Origin: Octopus vulgaris
Taxonomy: Eukaryota
DNA: 64,000 nt
Assembly (NCBI GenBank): GCA_951406725.2
Contig: OX597831.1
Location: 43,152,001-43,216,000, forward strand
Direction: 5' to 3'
Numbering within the stretch: position 1 is the first letter of the stretch; every line of letters begins with the position of its first letter. Below, piece after piece: positions 25,087-38,289 of the stretch. Under the pieces are notes generated by a model. That model saw only the letters and a program-made list of their open reading frames with translations. It was not told the origin of the DNA and ran no database searches. The translations under genes and the position numbers were made by a program.

Positions 25087-27058
25087 CCAGACTGCTAAAA
25101 GGGAAGCTAGGAGACAGGTCTATCTAGCCAGAGGGGAAGCAGATGAGAAAAAATTTGCCAATGTTCTGCGCCGTGAGGACCAAAGACTGGAGGTGTTTCG
25201 CGTTGCAAGACAGTGTGTGAGAGAGAATTGTGATGTGGTGGGAGAGAAGTGTGTTCGCATGGAAGATGGTTCACTTGCGCTAAACGAGGATGCAAAGAGA
25301 GAGGCTTGGAGACGCCACTATGAAAGGTTGCTGAATAAAGAAAATGAATGGGATAAAGAGAGTCTGCTGAACGTTGACCCAACAGAGGGACCAGCTATCA
25401 GGGTTGATAGTCCCTTGGTAGCTAAGGCAATTAGAAGCATGAAGACAGGGAAAGCCCCATGCCCATCAGGTATCACTGCAGAGATGCTCAAAATATCTGG
25501 TAGTGTCAGCTATAGCCTAGTCACCTGTATAGTTAATCAGGTGATACATGAAGGAGTCATACCCAATGACTGGTGTAGCAGCATAATAGTCAACTGCTAC
25601 AAAGGTAAAGGTGATGCCCTAAATACAAATAATTACAGAGGTATCAAGCTGTTGGATCAGGTGATGAAGGTTACAGAGAGGGTCATAAGCCAACTGATTA
25701 GAGAGAGAGTTAGTTTAGATGAGATGCAGTTTGGTTTCGTGCCAGGGAAAAGTACCACTGATGCTATATTCCTGGTAAGGCAGCTGCAGGAGAAATACCT
25801 AGCCAAAGATAAGCCCCTGTACCTGGCTTTTGTTGACATGGAGAAAGCCTTCGACAGGGTCCCCCGATCCCTCATATGGTGGTCAATGAGGAAACTAGGA
25901 ATAGACGAATGGTTAGTGAGAGCTGTGCAAGCCATGTACAGGGACGCTGTCAGTTAGGTGAGGGTTGACAATGAGTACAGTGAAGAATTCCGGGTAGAGG
26001 TAGGGGTCCACCAAGGCTCAGTCCTCAGCCCCCTCCTATTTATCATAGTCCTCCAGGCAATAACGGAGGAATTCAAGACAGGATGCCACTGGGAGCTCCT
26101 CTATGCTGATGACCTTGCTCTAATTGCTGAGTCATTATCAGAACTGGAGAAGAAGTTTCAGGTGTGGAAGCATGGTTTAGAATCGAAGGGCCTTAGAGTC
26201 AACCTAGCTAAAACCAAAGTCGTAATAAGTAGGAAGGTAGACAAATCACAAACACCTTCAGGTAGATGGCCCTGCTCGATCTGTAGAAAAGGTGTAGGTA
26301 GAAACTCTATAAGATGCACCAAGTGTAAGCTATGGACACATAAGAGGTGCAGCAATGTCATAGGAAGGCTAACTAGGAAGATGGTTTTTGTATGTGGCAG
26401 ATGCTCGGGAGCATTAACCTCTGAAAATCTGCAGAAAACAACTTCCGTCACTTTCCAGGGGGAAAAACTAGAAGTAGTTGATAGCTTCCGTTATCTTGGT
26501 GACCAAGTCAGTAGTGGGGGTGGGTGTGCTGAAAGTGTAACGGCTAGAGTAAGAATAGCCTGGGCAAAGTTTAGGGAGCTCTTACCTCTGTTGGTGACTA
26601 AAGGCCTCTTGCTCAGAGTAAAAGGCAGACTGTATGATGCATGTGTACGAACAGCCATGCTACATGGCAGTGAAACATGGGCCGTGACTGCTGAGGACAT
26701 GCGTAAGCTCGCGAGAAATGAAGCTAGTATGCTCCGTTGGATGTTTAATGTCAGTGTTCATAGTCGACAGAGTGTAAGTACCTTGAGAGAAAAGTTGGAC
26801 CTAAGAGGCATGAGATGTTGTGTGCAAGAGAGACGATTGCGCTGGTATGGTCATGTGGTGAGAATGGATGAAGATAGGTGTGTGAAAAAGTGCCACACCC
26901 TGGCAGTTGAGGGGACCTGTGGAAGAGGTAGACCCAGGAAAACCTGGGTCGAGGTGGTGAAGCACGACCTTCGAACTCTAGGTCTCACCAAGGAAATGAC
27001 CAGAGACCGAGACCTATGGAAGTATGCTGTGCGTGAGAAGACCCGGCAAGACCAGTGA
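25087..27058 (+). mobile_element. RTE-clade non-LTR retrotransposon ORF, 5'-truncated (no endonuclease), one premature stop
   Basis: ORFs 25067-25957 and 25958-27058 are in one frame, split by TAG at 25955. RT motifs KGKGD..NYRGIKLL, QFGF, FVDMEKAFDRV, GVHQGSVLSPLLF, LLYADD and FRYLG are present, with an RTE-type C-terminus RLRWYGHVVRM...RGRPRKTW. Confidence 0.95.
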
Positions 27059-27099
27059 GAACAATCAAAATCAAATCATATATCAGAAAGCAGGGGTTA

Positions 27100-27950
27100 A
27101 GTGACCCATCCGTTCGTGTCCGCTGTCAGCCTCGTCTGGCACCTGTGCCAGTGATACGTAAAAGCACCATTCGCTCGTGGCCGTTTGCCAGCTCTGCCTG
27201 GCCCCCGTGTCGGTGGCACGTAAAAGCACCATCCGTTCGTGTTCGTTGCCAGCCTCGCCTGGCCCCGTGCCGGTGACACATAAAAGCACCGTCCGTTCGT
27301 GGCCGTTTGCCAGCTCTGTCTGGCCCCGTGTCGGTGGCACGTAAAAGCACCATCCGTTCGTGTCCGTTGCCAGCCTTGGCTGGCCCCCGTGCCGGTGACA
27401 CGTAAAAGCACCGTCCGTTCGTGGCCGTTTGCCAGCTCTGCCTGGCCCCGTGTCGGTGGCACGTAAAAGCACCATCCGTTCGCGTCCATTGCCAGCCTCG
27501 GCTGGCCCCCGTGCCGGTGACACGTAAAAGCACCGTCCGTTCATGCCCGTTTGCCAGCTCTGTCTGGCCCCGTGTCGGTGGCACGTAAAAGCACCATCCG
27601 TTCGTGTTCGTTGTCAGCCTCGGCTGGCCCCCGTGCCGGTGACACGTAAAAGCACCATCCGTTCGTGTCCGTTGCCAGCATCGCCTGGCCCCGTGCCGGT
27701 GACATGTAAAAGCACCATCCGTTCGTGGCCGTTCGCCAGCTCTGTCTGGCACCTGTGCAGATGGCACGTAAAAAACACCCACTACACTCGCGGAGTGGTT
27801 GGCGTTAGGAAGGGCATCCAGCCGTAGAAACACTGCCAGATCTGACTGGGCCTGACGAAGCCTTCCAGCTTCACAGACCCCAGTTGACCCGTCCAACCCA
27901 TGCTAGCATGGAAAGCGGACGCTAAATGATGATGATGATGATGATGATGA
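27100..27950 (+). repeat. 3' UTR of the RTE: about 11 tandem ~61-nt units (A/B dimer), a unique terminal segment and an (ATG)n tail
   Basis: Unit g[g/a]cacgtaaaagcacc[a/g]tccgttcgt...gccag...ctggccccgtg[c/t]cggt repeats through 27100-27780. The tail gatgatgatg is at 27927-27950. Confidence 0.9.
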
Positions 27951-28080
27951 TATGTAAAAAAATACAAACTGGGACAAGAACGCAAAACATTTAAAGACGA
28001 TACAAAAAAACATGGACGGGACATTCGAAGCCTTCAATCTTCAGTCAAGAACCGGATCATCCTCGCAATTTCAGCTGATA

Positions 28081-28470
28081 TCATCATCATCATTTAGCGT
28101 CCGTTTTCCATGCTAGCATGGGTTGGACGGTTCAACTGGGGTCTGTGAAGCTGGAAGGCTTCATCAGGCCCAGTCAGATCTGGCAGTGTTTCTACGGCTG
28201 GATGCCCTTCCTAACGCCAACCACTCTGTGAGTGTAGTGGGTGCTTTTACGTGCCACCCGCAAAGGTGCCAGACAGAGCTGGCAAACGGCCACGAACGGA
28301 TGGTGCTTTTACGTGTCACCGGCACGGGGGCCAGGCGAGGCTGGCAACGGACACGAACGGATGGTGCTTTTACGTGCCACCAACACGGGGGCCAGACAGA
28401 GCTGGCAAACGGCCACGAAATGGATGGTGCTTTTACGTGTCACCGGCACGGGGGCCAGGCGAGGCTAGCT
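28081..28470 (-). mobile_element. Inverted 3'-end copy of the same RTE subfamily
   Basis: Reverse complement of the terminal segment plus about 3.5 tandem units, tail-to-tail with the element at 25087-27950. Confidence 0.85.
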
Positions 28471-30095
28471 GATATATATATATATATATATATACATATA
28501 CACATTATGATGTTGTTTCTTTCAGTTTCTGTCTACCAGATCTACTCACAAGGCCTTGATCGGCCTGAGGCTATAGAAGACACTTGCCCAAAGTGCCATG
28601 CAGTAGAACTGAACATGGAACCATGTGGTTGGGAAGCTGTCATTTTACCACACAGTCACACCTGCACCTATATATCATGTATCATCATAATTTAACATCT
28701 ATTTTCTATTACTAGTATGGTTTGAATAGTTTGATAGGAATTGGCAAGTAGAGGACTGTGTCAAACTCTATTGTCTGCTTTGGCATGGCTTTTAAAGCTG
28801 GATGCCCTTCTTAATGCCAACCACTTTGCAAAGTGTACTGGGCATTTTTTATGTGGAACCAACACCAGTGGGGTTGCTAAATAACTGGCAAGATATATAA
28901 GAATTCATAAACCTTTGAGAGAAAGTGAACATTATTTTTTGGAATGGTAGATCTTGAAGCACATAAAGCTATAAATAATAGCATGTAAATATTCTTTTCT
29001 ACTCTAGGCAAAAGGCCTGAAATTTGTGGGGAGGTGACCAGTCTGATTAGATCAACCCCAATACGGACTGATACTTAATTTATCGACCCCCGAAAGGCAA
29101 ATTTGGAATGTAAAGACAGACGAAATACCACTAAGCATTTCGCCCGGCATGCTAACGTTTCTTATTTCTTTACTGCCCACAAGGGGCTACATAGAGGGGA
29201 CAAACAAGGACAGACAAATGGATTAAATCAATTATATTGACCCCAGTGCGTAATTCGTACTTATTTAATCGACCATGAAAGGATGAAAGGCAAAGTCGAC
29301 CTCGGCAGAATTTGAACTCAGAATGTAGCTGCAGACAAAATACCTATTTCTTTATTACCCACAAGGGGCTAAACACAGAGAGGACAAACAAGGACAGACA
29401 TAGGTATTAACTCGATTACATCGACCCCAGTGCATAACTGGTACTTAATTTATCGACCCCGAAAGGATGAAAGGCAAAGTTGACCTCAGCGGATTTGAAC
29501 TCAGAACGTAACGGCAGATGAAATACCGCTAAGCATTTCACCCAGCATGCTAACGTTTCTGCCAGCTCGCTGCCTTATAGCATGCAAATATTGAGTTAAA
29601 AACCCTTTTGGACAGAAAAAATTAAAGGGTATATGTGTGTGTGTGTGTGTGTGTGTGCCCATATCCACATGTGTTCATCAATCGCATCACTTCACAACAA
29701 ATGTTGGTTTGTTTACATCTTAAGTTAGCAGCTGAGTAAACAAAACTGAGTTGGAGAGAGTTGATTTGTTCAACTGACCCCACAAGGTGGTGCTTAAGCA
29801 TAACTGCAGTTCAGTGACTGAAAAGAGTAAGTGAACAAAATAATAATTAAAACGAAAAAGGGGGTAAAAAAAAAAAAAAGAAACACAGACATTTGTCAAA
29901 CAAACATGTTTTCTTTAATCTCATGATAACAAACAATTAATTAACAATTAAATAAAAATGATTTTAAAGTGTCGAAATATTTGGAAATAGCTTCAGTGAA
30001 TTTAACACTTCTATTTTTCAATGTGAAGTGTATTCTAGCAAAAGGTCTCTCCCTGTTTTGTGCAACCTACACTCATTTCTAATGAGCTTGACAAA

Positions 30096-30099
<4 letters not shown>

Positions 30100-30130
<31 letters not shown>

Positions 30131-30820
30131 TATGTAGATATGCACACACGTATACACATACATAAACATACACACATATATAGACACCATACATCTACAT
30201 ACACACACATATACGTACATATACACACGCATATACGTACATATACACACGCATACACGTAGATCTACATACAGACACACACGTACATCTACATACACAC
30301 GCACATCTACATACACACACACATCTACATACACACACACATCTACATACACACACACATCTACATACACACACATACACACGCACATCTACATACACAC
30401 ACATACACACGCACATCTACATACACACACATACACACGCACATGTACATATACACACGTACATACACGAACGTACATTTACATACACACGCATGCACAC
30501 ACATACATTCACACACACACGCACACATACATTTACACACGTGCACATGTACATTTACACATGCACACATATGTACATTTACACATGGGCACACATACAT
30601 ACATTTACACACATACGTACATTTACACACATGCACACATACGTACATTTACACACGGGCACACATACATACATTTACACGTGCACACACACATTTACAC
30701 ACATTTACATACATGCATACACACATTTACATACATGCATACACGTACATTTACATACACGCATAAACACATAAGCATACATATACAAACATGTACATTT
30801 ACATATACACACACACACTA
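30100..30820. repeat. Degenerate (CA)/(TACA)/(CATTTA) low-complexity satellite
   Basis: Seen directly; it is the source of the His/Thr and Cys/Val ORFs here. Confidence 0.9.
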
Positions 30821-33024
30821 CCAGTCAATGACACAATATTTAAAAGTAACAGATATCTGCATCTTTGGTTGGAATGTAAAACAGTTTGTATAAATTATAA
30901 AGTTCCAAACACAATATAATAATAATAATAATAATGATAAACACTGCAGTTGGAGCAGCCTATAACAAATGCATAAATAACAAGTATAAATATATGTATA
31001 TAAATATTTTGTTTTTTACAAAAAGAACAAAAGTTGGCACAATTTTTATAAATAAATATATTTGTTTTCATAAACCTCAAGTTGTGTAAAAAAAAAAAAA
31101 ACATAAATTAAAATAAATTAAATTAAAAAAAAAACAACTAAGGTTCTTTGGAAGATCTCATGATAGTAATAAAAAAAAAATGTTTGCTGTTCATGTCTAA
31201 ATGCTCAATTCATTGTCTGACTGGAATTTAAGTTAGCATTAGACTAAGACAAATAAATAAATAAATATATTGTGGTGGTCATTAAATACAAGATATTTCT
31301 GGAAAAAGTGATAATACATTGGTTTCAAATTTTGGCACAAGGCCAGCAATTTCGGGGGAGGTGGGTAAGTTGATTACATTAACCCCAGTCCTCAACTAGA
31401 ACTTATTTTATCGACCCCGAAAGGATGAAAGACAAAGTTAACCTCGGCGAAACTTGAACTAAGAACGTGAAGACAGATGAAATGCCGCTATACATTTCAC
31501 CTGGAGTGCTAATGATACCGCCAGGTTGCTGCCTTAAAAGTGGTAATAAATATATTGAGGAATAGTCTTGTTGAAAACACAAAAAAAACCCACCTAACTG
31601 GAAGAGGAGCAATATTAAATTGACTGTGTGTAAATGTCAGAATAACCAGGAAATTGCCTCTCTAAAGTTGCAGTAAAAAGTGGAAGAGATCAATTTGTTA
31701 AAGACAGATAATTACAAGACACTGGTTTGTAATCCTCTCCTACACATTCTTAGAGTTTTGGCTTCCAAAGTCAGTAAGTAGTTATAGGAGTCTCCTTTTC
31801 TGAGATTCCAAATTCAAATCTAAGTTGATCTGTTTGAGTATTAGGTAAAAAAAATGTCTAGAAATTAGTTACATCTGACTGTCAAACATGCAGGAAATTT
31901 CACAACCCGTCTTCCAAGAAGCCAAAATCCTGGACATTATTGCCTTAACAAGCAAATTATTCCTGTATGTCTGAGAGGCTGTCAATGATTATGGCCTCTC
32001 ATCAACAACATGAGATCAAGTTTGCAACCGCTACTAAATAAAGAAAACATTTCAAACTGAGAATTATACAATCTGTAATGTTAAAAATGATACAACAGAT
32101 GTAAATTCACTAAAAAAATATCAACAGAAAAAATAAAGAAACGATAAAAAAAAATATAAATAAATGGTACTTCTTGAGTACAAAATGGAAGAACTTGTTC
32201 TCTAAAATAGCTGTAGAATATTTAGTGTTGTAATTGTTCATTTGTTTTACGGCTATTTTCCCATGCTAGCATGGATTGGATGAATACATCAAACATATAT
32301 TGTTTCCTTATAACATTATTCAAGTAGACAGTCCACTCACATACGTATTGTTTGTTTTGTTTTTTTTTAACCAACAATATAAATTTCAAAACCGAAAAAG
32401 AAAAAATCAAAAATTAAACACTATACAAAACAGACGTACTACTTAGTGTGAAGCTGACAGCAGACTGAAGTTATAGTGATGTCTAGAACACAGCAGTGAT
32501 TAAATGTTTTAAAATTGTCCAAAACATTTACTAACAGATGATGTGAAGTTGCTCTCAGTCTAATGTAACAGCAACGAGTAACAGAACTACAGTTTTAGAG
32601 CAACTACAGCAGTATTCCTGGCTGACTGGATTTAATGTTTAATAGCATAGCACCTACACCCACATACAAAAGATCTTGTGTTTTTTATTACTAAGAGCTG
32701 TGAGTTTAAACCCTAATTTATGAAGGTTTTTTTTTTTGTTGCACAAGAAGCTACGATATTTAAAGAATCTAGCAAGCAAGAACAAAACATGCTTCTGGAA
32801 ATGTAGTTAATTTATTAATTAATTGGTAAAAAGAGATTAGGGAAACAATGTTAGTTTTATTTAACACTACCTTAGGTTTCATCAAAACCTATTATTAAAA
32901 TAACTAATAACAGGTACTTTGCTAAAAAAAAAAAAAAAGAAGAAAATTTTAGATGCTCCACATCGCAAACAAAGAGAATCCCAGACCCTGCCCTTTCCCC
33001 TAAGACTAGCAGCTGGAATTAGTG

Positions 33025-33310
33025 TTACTTAAACTTAGTGTAGTAAACAGCAGCTGCTGCCACAGACAGGGAGACAAAGCCAAGGAAGAAAATTGAACGA
33101 GACTTCCACTGGGCTTTCGAGGCACGTAACAGACGGACAATACGCTCCACTTGTTCTTGTGTGTACTCACGACTGCTGCTATTGTCAACGATGAATGTGG
33201 CTAGATCACTTTTATTGAACAAGTTCATCTGAATCTTAATCCGAGACATGGCTTCCATTTCTGTAATTTCACCTAGTTTCAGGAGCCGTTCAACCTGCTG
33301 GTTTTCAGTG
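33025..33310 (-). CDS. DCAKD: Last coding exon of dephospho-CoA kinase domain-containing protein (LID region, DN motif, C-terminal hydrophobic anchor)
   Basis: Acceptor ttttcag-like catttcag|C (phase 2; TG+C=Cys). Reads CTENQQVERLL...EAMSRIKIQM...ATFIVDNSSSREYTQEQV...IFFLGFVSLSVAAAAVYYTKFK-stop, aligning by eye to the DCAKD/CoaE C-terminus. Confidence 0.85.
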
Positions 33311-33464
33311 CTGAAATGGTTAGAGAAGATAGAGTTACACATGCTGCAACCACTTCTGACAGTAACTTATTCAGGCAGAAGTAATAATAAACCCAATCAT
33401 AAACAAGCACACACAGACACATATACACACGGACCCAAGCACATGCTAACACAAACTCAAACCT

Positions 33465-34430
33465 GCATACTGACAGCTAGGCACAAATGCATACGAACAG
33501 CTGGGCTCAAATGCATACTAACAGCTAGGCTCAAATGCATACTAACAGCCGGGCTCAAATGTATACTAAGAGCTGGAGCTGGGCTCAAATGCACACTAAC
33601 AGCCAGGTTCAAATGCATACTAACAGCCAGGCCCCAATGCACACTAACAGCCAGGTTCAAATGCATACTAACAGCCAGGCTCCAATGCACACTAACAGCC
33701 AGGCTCAAATGCATACTAACAGCCAGGCTCAAATGCATACTAACAGCCAGGCTCAAATGCATACTAACAGCCAGGCTCAAATGCATACTAACAGCTGGGC
33801 TCAAATGCATACTAACAGCTAGGCTCAAATGCATACTAACAGCCGGGCTCAAATGTATACTAACAGCTGGGCTCAAATGCATACTAACAGCTGGGCTCAA
33901 ATGCATACTAACAGCCAGGCTCAAATGCATACTAACAGCCAGGCTCAAATGCATACTAACAGCTAGGCTCAAATGCATACTAACAGCTAGGCTCAAATGC
34001 ATACTAACAGCTAGGCACAAATGCATACTAACAGCTGGGCTCAAATGCACACTAACAGCCAGGTTCAAATGCATACTAACAGCTAGGCTCAAATGCATAC
34101 TAACAGCTAGGCTCAAATGCACACTAACAGCCAGGTTCAAATGCATACTAACAGCCAGGCTCAAATGCATACTAACAGCTAGGCTCAAATGCATACTAAC
34201 AGCTAGGCTCAAATGCATACTAACAGCTAGGCTCAAATGCATACTAACAGCTAGGCACAAATGCATACTAACAGCTAGGCACAAATGCATACTAACAGCT
34301 GGGCTCAAATGCACACTAACAGCCAGGTTCAAATGCATACTAACAGCCAGGTTCAAATGCATACTAACAGCTAGGCTCAAATGCATACTAACAGCTAGGC
34401 TCAAATGCATACTAATATTTGGGCTCAAAT
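33465..34430. repeat. 24-bp minisatellite, about 40 copies, in the last DCAKD intron
   Basis: Unit ctcaaatgcatactaacagc[t/c][a/g]gg. The stop-free 24-nt period produces the spurious 418-aa and 331-aa ORFs. Confidence 0.95.
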
Positions 34431-36433
34431 ATGCATTAAAAGACTCAAACACACTAACATGGTTAGTTAAAGCTCAGATGAAAAAATCCTTTGACATGTA
34501 TTAATTATACAGTTGTTGATGTTGTTTAATGATGAAAGTGCACATGTGACACAATCTCAAATGCTTATATCTGAAAATTAACTCAGTTGTCATAGTGTAT
34601 TAGTACCAAGGATTATAACAGACCTGAGTCTAAGAACTATCTTGTACTACTGTGGTTACTGTTCAGATATATTTTAGGCATTTTGAAAGATTCTTCTTAT
34701 TTTACATAATTATTATTTTTTTCTTTTTTACATTAGGAAGAGCATCCAGCTGTAGAAATCATGTCACAACAGACAGTTGGAGTCTGGACAGCTCCCTGCT
34801 AGCCAGCTCCATGTCAAACTGTCCAACCCATGCCTACATGGAAAGCGAATGTTAAACGATGATGATGATGATGATGAGTTTGCATTAAATTAGTAATTAT
34901 TATAGTGAATGTTCCTTCTTTAATGCATATCCTGCTGTTATGTAAAAAAGAAATACTTTTTAGACAAGGTCAAATTCACAAAAATGAAATCTCAAATCCC
35001 TACAATTGCTGCTATTTAACCATTTTGGTACCAATCTCCCCCAAGACTGCCCCAGATTCTATGATACAAACTTCTTGCTTTAAAGTGATCAAAATTAAAA
35101 TCTTCCATCAAAATTCCATGCTAATTTATCTCCCAAACACTAGCTTAGTAATGACAAAGTTTGTTTATTAAATTCTACTTCATTTTCAAAATTATCAAAA
35201 ACAAAGGTAGTGCATTTCAACTGAAATATGGTAACAAAAGTGTTAAGATGTTTACTGTAGAACCCCTTAGCATTATTAAATGTCAAATATAAAGCTTATT
35301 GAGTCACATTCTTTTGAATTATTCAGGTTTTATCTACTAGCTTCAAAATTTCTACGACCGAGATCTACAAGTGATTAAGGCTGATGGTGACACACCGTGT
35401 TTGAGAAGACCTGAGAAGCCCAGTGAGATTAGGGTCATGGCCAATGCCAGTGTCGTGTAACTGGCACCCGTAGTGGTGGCACATAGAAAAGCACCCTCCG
35501 AATGTTGGGCCTCACAGAGGCAGTGACAAGTGACTGTGACCTTTGGTGATATGCCATGCTTGAGAAGACCTGTCAAGCCAAGTGAGATCATAGTCATGTC
35601 TGATGCCGGTGCTACATAACTGGTACCCTTGCTGGTGGTATGTAAAAAGCACCCACTAAACTCTTGGAGTGGTTGGTGTAAGGAAGAGCACCCAGCTGTA
35701 GAAACCATGCCAAATCAGATTGGAACCTGGTACAGCTCTCCAGCTTACCAGTTTTCAGTCAAACAATCCAACCCATGCCAGCATAGAAAACAGATGTAAG
35801 ATGAAGATGTGATTGTTTACTTTTAGAATGCCATTGTATGATACATATGAGAAGACAGATCTGGCTGGTTCGATCATAAACATGTAGAATATTTGAGCCA
35901 GATATGGCTAATTCAAATGCTAAAGGGATACAGAAATCTAACTGAAAATGTATGTTCCATTTGTACCTAAAATTTCCAAACATAACCTTCAGCTAGACAC
36001 CAGCTCTTGTTGGCCTACCTAAGTTTCTTATCCTTCAATTCTATACCCTACTCTATTGAAGGGATTTGTCTTGTGGGCATTTGATGACCATACCAGTGCT
36101 GGTGCCGCATAAAAAGCACCCAGTACACTCTGTAAAGTGGTTGGCATTAGGAAGGGCATCCAACTGTTAAAACCCTATTGAAGCAGACATTGCAACTTAG
36201 CATAGCCCTCTGAAATATCTGTTCATATTGAACATTCCAACCTGTGCCAGCATGTAAATGGGAAAGCAAAAAGGGAAACAAAAGGAAAATGAAAAGGAAG
36301 ACAAAAAGGGATGTTAAGTGATAATGATAATTCCCATTTACATCAACATTGAGAAAAATACTGTAAAAACCCCAAAACAATGAAGGACATTATTAAATTG
36401 CAAAGAGGGAAATCAAAATATGGGTTGCCTTAC

Positions 36434-36521
36434 CAGTTAACGACAATTGTGTATTTCATGTAGGACATCATCATCTTACTTTCATATAACAATGGAATGT
36501 TAATTATAACAAATTGATGGC
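36434..36521 (-). CDS. DCAKD: DCAKD internal exon (88 nt; not in the ORF track)
   Basis: Minus strand: cattccag|GC CAT CAA TTT GTT ATA ATT AAC ATT CCA TTG TTA TAT GAA...GTC GTT AAC TG|gtaagg = (G)HQFVIINIPLLYESKMMMSYMKYTIVVN(C). This matches the DCAKD/CoaE PLLFE motif, and phases 1 and 2 fit both neighbouring exons. Confidence 0.88.
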
Positions 36522-38289
36522 CTGGAATGAAAGGAGACATTCAAAGAAATTGTTAGATTGCAGAAACAATGGAAGAAATATTACAAAAGTAACAAACAGG
36601 TGCAGGTATGGCCTTGTAGTTAAGAAGCTCGCTTAGCAATGACATGGTTCTGAGTTCAGTCTCACTGCATGGCACCTTGAGCCAAAACCTCATGAGTTGA
36701 TTACAAAGATGGAAATCAAAAGAAGCCCTTTGATTATATACGCATATATCTATGGGTGTGTCTTTGCGCCTGTGTTTGTCTCCACCATCACTGCTTGACA
36801 TTTGGTGTTGGTGTATTTACATCCCTAAGGAGACTGATAGAATAAGCACTAGGCTAAGCCCTGGGGTCCATTTGTTCAACTAAAACCCCCTCAAGGCAGT
36901 GCTCCGGCATGGCTACAGTCAAATGACTGAAACAAGTAAAAGAATAAAGAATATAGATGCAGGTATGGCTATGTGGTTAAGAATTTTGCTTAGCAACATG
37001 TTTTCAGGTTTGGTCCCACTGCACATCACCTTGGGCAAGTGTCTTCTACAATAGCCCCAGGCAAATCGATGGAGTCTGTGTGGAAGTCCATTGTGTGTGT
37101 CCGTCCTGGGTATGACCTTTAAACTGCATCAGGTAGTGGGACTCTGCTTCAGGAGTTCCAGGGTTTTGAGGAGTGAGAAACCACCACTTACCCACTATTG
37201 TTCTCAGCTCTACTCTAACCCAGTGTAATAGCACTTGCCAGAGTCCCAGCTATGGGTCAATTAGTATATTAGAGCTTATGTACCTGGATCCATAAGACAC
37301 CTTTATGGTTCAATGAAAAATAAGGTGCTGCAGCTATACATTGTTGAGGGCAGACAGCAGTAAGACATTATGCTCATCCACTGCATCCATCTCCATCCCC
37401 AGTCATCATGACCTGGTCTTGCCGCTGGATTGAAGATGGTCATGGATGAGATAATGAGGTTGACAGTGTGCAACCCTTGAAATAAAATCGTCATGCATCA
37501 GTCATTCCTGAGGATGACTGAACAATCCTCATTGCTCCAATGGATAAACATTGTGTCAGTCTTCTCCTACCACTCAACAGACAGTGTTGGTTTGTATACA
37601 TTCCCAAAGCTTAGCAGTTCAGCAAAAGAAACCTTTATAGTTCAGAATAAGTACCAGATTTAAAAAAAAAATGTACTGGGGTTAATTTGTTTGACTAAAC
37701 CCTTCAAGGTGTGGAGACACGTGGTTTAGTGGTTAGGGTGTCTGCACCATGACTGGAAGATTGTGGTTTCGATTCCTGGACCGGGCGACGCATTGTGTTC
37801 TTGAGCAAAACACTTCATTTCACGTTGCTCCAGTCCACTCAGCTGGCAAAAATGAGTAACGATGCGATGGACTGGCGTCCCGTCCAGCTGGGGAACACAT
37901 ACGCCATAGAAACCGGGAAACCGGGCCCATGAGCCTGGCTAGGCTTTAAAAGGGTGCATTTATTTTTTTATTAAACCCCTCAAGGTGGTGCCCCAGCATG
38001 GCCACAGTCAATGACTAGAACATGTAAAAGATAAAAGACAGGGTGGGAGAGGTATTTGTCACTTTGCGAATCACTGATTTAAATGACTAATTCTTTTGGG
38101 TAAAAGAAAAAGAAGTCCAAACAACCCCAAAAAATTTAATCAAAATTAAACAAAATTAAAATTCTTTATTATAAGTAGTGTGCCATTGCAAAACTTTGGT
38201 GGATCAAGGTTTCAAAGAAGTAAAACTGGTGCCCAATCTAGAGGTACAAGTTGTGAGGTGGCAGGCCGGGTGGTGTTAGACTATTTAAG

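Noticed and set aside
27055-28695. CRISPR-like array or repeat proteins in the 61-nt tandem region
   Set aside because: There are no unique spacers and no cas genes, the context is eukaryotic, and the array is the 3' UTR of the RTE.
33248-34504. 418-aa and 331-aa repetitive ORFs (LKCILTAR / SMHLSLAV)
   Set aside because: They are by-products of a stop-free 24-bp minisatellite, open on both strands, inside the DCAKD intron.
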